Source: Malacoraja senta
Lineage: Eukaryota
DNA: 64,000 bases
Direction: 5' to 3'
NCBI GenBank assembly: GCA_038087875.1
Contig: JAXLNO010000482.1
Location: 1-64,000 of the forward strand
This document shows, piece after piece, positions 62,951 to 64,000 of the stretch (positions are counted from its first letter, which is position 1; every line of letters begins with the position of its first letter). The notes beneath the pieces are model-generated. The model was not told the origin of the DNA and ran no database searches. It saw only the letters and a list, made by a program, of their open reading frames with translations. Position numbers and translations under genes: made by a program.

Positions 62951-63189
62951 ATTTCCACCTGTTTTATGCCATTTGCAATCTTGGATGAGTTATCTCCTAC
63001 CTCACCCCTAGGCAATTAATATAAATAGTAAATAATTATGGGCAGGAACTGATCGCTGGATTAATATAGCACAGAAACAGGCCCTTCAGCCCAACTCACC
63101 CATGCTGACCATCGTGCCCCATGATGGACGATCCATATCCCTCTATATCTTTCCTATCCATGTACCTGTCAAAATGATCTTTTATGCTT

Positions 63190-63665
63190 GATGTTGTCAG
63201 GACTTGCAGGCCTGAGCTATAGGGAGAGGTTGAGGAAGGAATTTATTCCTTGGATCATAGGAATTTATTCCTTGGAGCGTAGGAAGATGAGGGGTGATCC
63301 CGTAGAGGTGTACAAGATTGTGAGACGAATAGATTGGGTAGATGCACAATCTTTCACCCAGAGTTAGGTGAGACAAGAACCCAAGGACATAGGTTTAAGT
63401 TGAGGGAGATAAAATATAATAGGAACCTGAAGGCAACTTTTATACACAAAGGGTGGTGGGTGTATGGTAGGTATGTAGTTGAGGCAGGGACTATCACAAC
63501 ATTTAAGAAACATTTAGATAGGTCCACAGGTAGGACAGGTTTTGAAGGATGTGGGCCAAATGCAGGCAGGTGAGACTAGTGTAATTGGGACATGTTGGTC
63601 GGCGTGGGCAAGTTGGTCCAAAGGGCCTGCTTCCACTCTGTGTGACTCTATGATTCTAAGACTCT
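63190..63665 (+). mobile_element. CR1 LINE 3' fragment (old)
   Basis: Decayed RTQGHRFK...VVEAGTITTFKKHLDR. Confidence 0.75.
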
Positions 63666-64000
63666 ATGTTGTTACTGTACCTGCCTCAACCAATTCCTCT
63701 GGCAGCTCGTTCCATATACCCATCACCCTCAGTGTGAAGCTGCTGGCCCCTTAGCCTTACGTTCCCACTAAATCTTTCCCCTCACACCTGCACTTCATCC
63801 TGTTAAGGTGTAAGTTGAAGAAAGTCGCTGAAATGTGCTTGCAAGGGACCCAGTTGGATTCACAAGCAACTGCTTGTGATTTGTTATGAACATTGTAGTC
63901 TATAAAATGAATCAGTTATAAGAGGAAAAAAAGGACCTTTCGGATTCCCCATCTGCCATAGATCTATTTAAGGAGTTTTGCAAAGATTTGGATTGGTACC

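Overview
Vertebrate genomic DNA, most likely from a cartilaginous fish (skate/ray-like). This is inferred from the dense tRNA-derived V-SINEs (HE1-like), CR1/HER1-like LINEs, Rex1/Babar LINEs and Penelope-derived repeats. The only host gene is the 5' part of an MXRA5 (adlican)/IGSF10-family LRR-Ig gene on the minus strand. It has three phase-compatible coding exons (11390-11589, 7210-7339, 2915-3305) and continues beyond position 1. A probable non-coding first exon and promoter lie at about 40380-41110, implying a ~28.6 kb intron 1. The rest is intron and upstream DNA packed with nested mobile elements. Main observations: (i) two unrelated short TSD-flanked retroelements that each begin exactly with an HDV-like ribozyme fold and end in (GAA)n, next to a Vingi/Ingi-type LINE fragment with the same tail; (ii) many Penelope-derived, often palindromic elements carrying a minimal hammerhead-like core; (iii) an RTE LINE with a 19-bp TSD holding nested inserts, including a THAP-bearing foldback DNA transposon; (iv) a ~620-bp local templated duplication; (v) a degenerate ~90-bp tandem array just inside intron 1. 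No database searches or folding programs were run, and most repeat boundaries are approximate.
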